NCBI GenBank assembly: GCA_946624575.1
Contig: CAMOSH010000025.1
Location: 1-29,163, forward strand
Length of the DNA stretch: 29,163 nt
Reading direction: 5' to 3'
Origin: an uncultured Verrucomicrobiota bacterium
GTDB taxonomy: Bacteria > Verrucomicrobiota > Kiritimatiellia > RFP12 > UBA3636
Position numbers and translations under genes: made by a program. The notes beneath the pieces were generated by a model. That model had not been told where the DNA came from, did no database searches, and saw only the letters and a program-made list of their open reading frames with translations. Below, one piece after another: positions 26,201 to 29,163 of the stretch; position 1 is the stretch's first letter; every line of letters begins with the position of its first letter.

Positions 26201-26358
26201 GCGTTGGCGATGCCGTCGAGGTGGACGACGAGGGCGTCCTGCGCGGCATAGTCGCCGGGCTGGTACTTGAGCGTGGCACGGGCCGGAAGGGCGGCGAGCG
26301 CACAGAATGCCGCGCCCAGGATGGCGCGGCACGGAACGGAATGTGGCAAGGTTTTCAT
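23236..26358 (-). CDS. Large secreted protein (1,040 aa) with three concanavalin-A-like/LamG (LamG_3-type) modules, each followed by a beta-sandwich-like domain
   Basis: The signal peptide is MKTLPHSVPCRAILGAAFCALAALPARA. The blocks (V)VWLDGIxNAG...W(A)NLA(D/N)PAN...DGYYF... and the end motifs SVRIYNRALTTDEVAKNAAIDAARF / SVRIYDRALSPAEVAQNAAADAARF / AVRAYNRVLSDAEIAHNYKVDVARF recur three times, as in LamG_3 domains. Confidence 0.7.
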   Translation of the reverse strand: MKTLPHSVPCRAILGAAFCALAALPARATLKYQPGDYAAQDALVVHLDGIANAGVGKPHDPTAAQWANLADPANPVAIVKRQADASAWTDSGYYFGGKAYGITANALESMTTLTIEAVGDWPAASQGSGTGSQTYYCMYVSANLVGKDFGVFTVNQGNQLQWKTDNFGVSSRPKASAWGGKNFSCALAADTARISFDGSQVVSSARSTQTALGAAKWVIANGGNEDKFLTGTDYTRQVVGTFNSVRIYNRALTTDEVAKNAAIDAARFKGVMPVTNAVVATSVAGANGNEIPGVYAVEGSHVFTAPASCTVSGTTYALTGCTVETWENGAWGAAVQCDGVFAVEVSESEKVKITWNWASTSATLNRYATDGLVVWLDGIWNAGKGVHSASATTWANLANPANNAAITANASSGWHNDGYYFCYASSKPSYAQLVSATPAMTQATFEFAVDAQAADQKSLNWGSTFISSNAQSDDQRICAISATEIRFKGDKWTGNSTRPSISGWSWKQASFTLAETGAGNFKAYDQGIPKTAGAAATSGTTSIPETRWMIGSRLNQNDEPRQFTGTMRSVRIYDRALSPAEVAQNAAADAARFEGTAATAVEVVADPRGFEGREPAGMYFPEGWTFSSGVSTKTVGSVEYAPAGYVVETYDSTLSSWVVSERVLRNGDGAVEWTAPAAPFSTYRLTWLWEPVSGIRRATDYTIADYAPGGMVVWYDGICNDGIGAAHVDSASHRWRELVTGEQANMTVNANSGWESDGYRLALGPENEKSYFYLNTANNKLKSLGTVGTMEIACDVKGSEQVGDWPCILSFGHTNVAWAAHDNDMSIHTYKTDGSCRWKTDTWSGGGDRANITQPWDGKHAAFVMDTATFRSYRRGTVDQTRNRVTVKSMPPAFFFVGNKFYQNGKDNNNAYPQLTGTMKAVRAYNRVLSDAEIAHNYKVDVARFDGALVTTNVVVATSDYNGALAADAYEVYGTHVFEGAASAVDGSMPNRVKVWTLENSAWTNPQFVEGSSYTYTAGTSPATVKIEFGKTNPFVLIVR

Positions 26359-26379
26359 TGTTTTGTTCCTTTGTGTTGG

Positions 26380-28076
26380 CTATTGTCTTACGATCTCGTA
26401 GAGATACGTGGCGGAAGCGGGGTCGTAGTCGGTGCGGGCGGTGAAGCGAAGCGCCTGCGAATGGGGCGCTGCGTGCTCCCCTTCGTGGCAGGATGCCGCT
26501 TGAGGCGGGACGATTTCGCAGGGGACTTCGGCGATGCGGCGGCCGGCGGAATCGAGGCGCCAAACGGTCGGTGGCAGCGCGTCGGAATCGTAGGCGAGCG
26601 CCAGTTCGATTTGCGCCGCGCCGTTGCGCATGAGGTGCGGGAGAGCGCCCCACTTGAGAAGGATTGTGCGGTCTTCGTCGGCATATTCGATGCCGGTGTT
26701 CTGCACATCGGTGAGGTGCGTGAGCAGGAGGTGCCGCGAGGTCGCGATGGGTTTTCCGTCGAGGGATGAGACCCACACCGTGGCTGGCGCTGCGGTGATG
26801 CTATGCGGCGACGATGAATCGCCGTTTCGGTGCGCTTCCTGCAGTTCGAAGCGCAGCGGCCCGGCGGTATGTGCGCCGCCTTCCGCGAGACCGCCCGCTG
26901 TGAGCGGGGAATTGATGATGAAGGTGCCGTCGGGAGAGATCGCGACACTCTGATTTGCAAAATTCCGATGCTGGTGCGCCTGTGTGGCGGTAGAAGGCGC
27001 CGCCGATGCGGGCGGATCGAACCGTACCCCGAGCCGAGCCTGCCATGCGTGGTCGGGATTGCCAATGGCGGAGACCTGCGGGGCTCCGTTGCGCGGGTCG
27101 CGCAGCTTGGTTTCGGAGAAGACGACCGGCTCCTCGGCGGCGAGAGGGGCGAGGTCGCGGCGGAGGAAGAGGCAGAGCGCGGCGCGTTCGGCGGCGATGG
27201 CGAGCGGATCGCCGGAGACGTCGAAGTAGCCCATCTGCCCGCCGGGCGACACAATGCCCCAGAGGCTGTGAGACCAGGCGAAGCGCCAGAGGCCGCTCCA
27301 GTCCTGGAGTGCGCCGAGCGCGCCGGCGGCGATGCCGCCCACGCCGCGGTAGCGGCCGGGGCCGCTGTAGTTGAATTCCGTGATGCAAAGCGGCTTGTCC
27401 ATCTGCCGCGTGTAAAGAACCCCTGCCGCGCCGGCCGCCGGGCGCAGGATGGGATTTGCGTTGGGGCAGGAGGAGGGGAGCCTCCACGGAATGTCGAGGA
27501 ACTGCGGATGGTCAACGTAAAAGTGGTAATCGACATAGTCGAACTTGCGGCGAGCGAGCGCGTATTGCGCGGGATCGTACCATGCGGAAAGCGAGGAGAG
27601 CGGTGCCTGGCATCCGAGCTCGTTGCGCACGAAATCGCGCAGGCGCTCGAAGAGCGCTGCTTCGCGGTCGGCGAGGAAGATCGCGAACGCAGCGGCGAGG
27701 CGGTTGGCGGGAGTGGAGCCGTCGGTGGCGTACAGGGAGGAGGGGAAGGCGGCGTGCGGCCCGGCGGCGATGCCGCCGGTCTCGCCCGCCGCCGCAGGAT
27801 GGTCTGCTTTGGTGTTGCCGCCTGCCGCCGCAGGACGGTCTGCCTTGGTGTTGCCGCCCGCCGCCGCAGGAAGGTCTGCATTGGTGTTGCCGCCGCAAGC
27901 AGCAGGATGTTCGGAAGCAGGAAGCTCTTTTTATAGCTGTAGGCGGTTCCGGAAAAAAAGAGGACCATCAGGCATACCGCGGCATAAAGCACGGAACCTG
28001 CCGCAAAAAGAAGGCCCTGAAGGCTTCCTGCAAAGCCGCCTTTTTTTCCTGTCTGTTCTCTCTCCTGATCCGTCAT
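26380..28076 (-). pseudogene. Frame-disrupted or possibly chimeric gene. The N-terminal single-TM anchor segment (28076->~27931, minus frame 2, ~50% GC) is joined out of frame to a high-GC body (27930->26380). The body encodes PAAAGGNTKAD(R/H/L) repeats plus a ~400-aa C-terminal domain of unknown function.
   Basis: The frame-0 translation upstream of 27630 reads through ...KELPASEHPAACGGNTNADLPAAAGGNTKADRPAAAGGNTKADHPAAAGETGG... to a TAA at 27931-27933. The only plausible N-terminus (MTDQEREQTGKKGGFAGSLQGLLFAAGSVLYAAVCLMVLFFSGTAYSYKK) is in frame 2, so a 1-nt indel in the A5 run at ~27927-27931 would fuse the two. GC content drops at the same point. Confidence 0.4.
27789..27896. repeat. Three tandem 36-bp repeats (CCGCCGCAGGANGGTCTGCNTTGGTGTTGCCGCCNG), plus a degenerate fourth, encoding PAAAGGNTKADx
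   Basis: Read directly from the sequence (period 36, starts at 27789, 27825 and 27861). Confidence 0.65.
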
Positions 28077-28100
28077 ATCCTTCTGATCCGTCCCATACAG

Positions 28101-28814
28101 TCAGCTTCGAAAATAAGCAGCGCGAAATGCCCGGAAATCCCTTAAGGCCCGCAGCCCGATACGGCAGATCCGGGGGATGTTCACCGAATTGCGTCCCTTC
28201 GTCCGCGGCGCAAAGCGTATTTCAGGGAATGCCGTCCGCTCCGTGCCTTTCACAAAGAATGCCGTCAGCATAATGTTCGGAAGCTCATAGGTCTCCGGCA
28301 GACGCCCGAGATACTTTCCCACTGCTTCCGTTTTCATCAGGCGGAAGGGGGCGTTCGCATCCGGGATCCGGACGCCGAAATAAAGCCGGAGCAATAAGCA
28401 GACGACCCGCTCCACGAAATCCCGCACGGCGCCGTCTCCCCGTTCTTTCCGCCATCCGAACTGTCCGTCATACTGCTCCCTGCGCTCCCAGAACGCGCCG
28501 AACTCTTCCGGAAAGGTCTGCCCGTCCGAATCGGTCTGGAAGATGTAGCCGGCCCCCTGCCTTACCGCATAGCCGTAAAGCGCCATCAGCTTGGGGCCGT
28601 GTCCCTTTTCCTCCGTATCCAGGATCTCAAGCTGGGCCAGTTCCGTCTTCAGACGGAGCAGCAGCTCGTGCGTACCGTCCGTGCTTCCGGCATCGGCAAC
28701 GACAAGCCGCGAATCCGGCGATTTCCCGGACAGCACCGGGTACCACTGCCGGACCACGGTTTCCATATTTTCTGCCTCATTATAGGCCGGCATGACAATA
28801 TAAAGCGTATCCAT
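28101..28814 (-). CDS. Family 2 glycosyltransferase (dolichyl/polyprenyl-phosphate sugar synthase-like)
   Basis: The N-terminus YIVMPAYNEAENM, the DAGSTDGT motif and the QTDSDGQ (DxD-like) motif are present. GC is lower here (~57%) than in the rest of the window. The start was set at MDTLYIV (ATG at 28814). Confidence 0.75.
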   Translation of the reverse strand: MDTLYIVMPAYNEAENMETVVRQWYPVLSGKSPDSRLVVADAGSTDGTHELLLRLKTELAQLEILDTEEKGHGPKLMALYGYAVRQGAGYIFQTDSDGQTFPEEFGAFWERREQYDGQFGWRKERGDGAVRDFVERVVCLLLRLYFGVRIPDANAPFRLMKTEAVGKYLGRLPETYELPNIMLTAFFVKGTERTAFPEIRFAPRTKGRNSVNIPRICRIGLRALRDFRAFRAAYFRS

Positions 28815-28871
28815 GGGTCTATTATAACAAGCGGGCCGCCGAAGCGCCACCGCTTTTCGGGGAGATCAGAG

Positions 28872-29163
28872 TTACTTCCCCCCGGCGTGCTCCAGGAAAT
28901 ACTCCCGGACCAGCCGGATGATGGTCTCCATGGCCTCCGTGCGGCGGCCGCCCTTCCGGGTCACGGCAATGACGCTCCATTCGAAGGCGGGAAGGATGTC
29001 GCAGACCGTCGCATATTCGGAGGAGCCGCCAGCAAAGTATTCCGGGACGACCGCACAGCCGATCCCTCTGCTGGCAAGCTCCGCAGCTGCGCTGATCGTG
29101 GCGCATTCAAACTCGATCCGCGGCTTCACGCCGGCATTCTGAAACAGTCTCTCTACGACCTTC
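28872..29163 (-). CDS. LysR-family transcriptional regulator, C-terminal substrate-binding domain only (the N-terminus lies beyond the window end)
   Basis: The frame is open to the window edge (…KVVERLFQNAGVKPRIEFECATISAAAELASRGIGCAVVPEYF…), which matches the typical periplasmic-binding-fold C-terminal half of a LysR substrate-binding domain. Confidence 0.65.
   Translation of the reverse strand, partial: KVVERLFQNAGVKPRIEFECATISAAAELASRGIGCAVVPEYFAGGSSEYATVCDILPAFEWSVIAVTRKGGRRTEAMETIIRLVREYFLEHAGGK

Noticed and set aside
4031-27896. CRISPR array (various tandem repeats at 4031-4065, 10655-10860, 22095-22320, 27789-27896)
   Set aside because: The repeat units are 7-36 bp, directly tandem, with no unique spacers. 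Three of the four are in-frame coding repeats. There are no cas genes.
26388-28076. 562-aa ORF treated as a single intact gene
   Set aside because: Only its first ~50 codons (the TM helix) look like coding sequence. The rest is the Arg/Ser/Pro-rich off-frame of the real high-GC frame-0 gene. It was reported instead as a frame-disrupted or chimeric locus.
1-29163. Mobile elements or prophage
   Set aside because: No transposase, integrase or recombinase motifs, no terminal inverted repeats flanking a cargo, and no tRNA were seen. The only hint of foreign DNA is the compositional shift at ~27,925, and that is reported as a finding.

Overview
This is a high-GC (~68%) bacterial chromosomal window. 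The gene content looks PVC-like, probably Verrucomicrobia: flotillin/NfeD, a giant LamG-repeat secreted protein, and Pro/Ala-repeat envelope proteins. Most of it is a tightly packed housekeeping region. On the plus strand there is a yqiJ-like NfeD plus flotillin pair, a bS22-like mini ribosomal protein, a TPR lipoprotein plus GT1 glycosyltransferase operon, and etfBA. The minus strand carries one long gene string from 18,020 down to 7,009 with several ATGA stop/start overlaps: Cof hydrolase, glgB-type branching enzyme, a conserved hypothetical, purE, a SEDS protein (RodA/FtsW), parB, def, a PVA-repeat secreted protein, a membrane-anchored metallophosphoesterase and mnmE. Further right on the minus strand is an envelope/EPS cluster: a YfgM-like TPR protein, a WbaP-type sugar-phosphate transferase and a divergent PAP2 protein. 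This is followed by a 1,040-aa triple-LamG secreted protein and an upstream membrane-anchored repeat protein. The most unusual observations follow. (1) Base composition drops abruptly to ~50-57% GC at ~27,925, exactly where a reading-frame break occurs inside a gene; this may be a chimeric join, an HGT boundary, or a poly-A frameshift. (2) A ~130-bp nested, multi-stem palindromic element lies between the convergent GT1 and mnmE genes. (3) parB, with no parA in the window, is co-transcribed with rodA/ftsW, def and mnmE, and two lineage-specific genes are inserted into that operon. (4) A 5x heptamer tandem repeat sits in a divergent promoter. (5) Several length-variable coding tandem repeats are present. 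I found no CRISPR array, rRNA or tRNA genes, or transposase or integrase genes. All calls rest on reading motifs by eye; no database search was possible.
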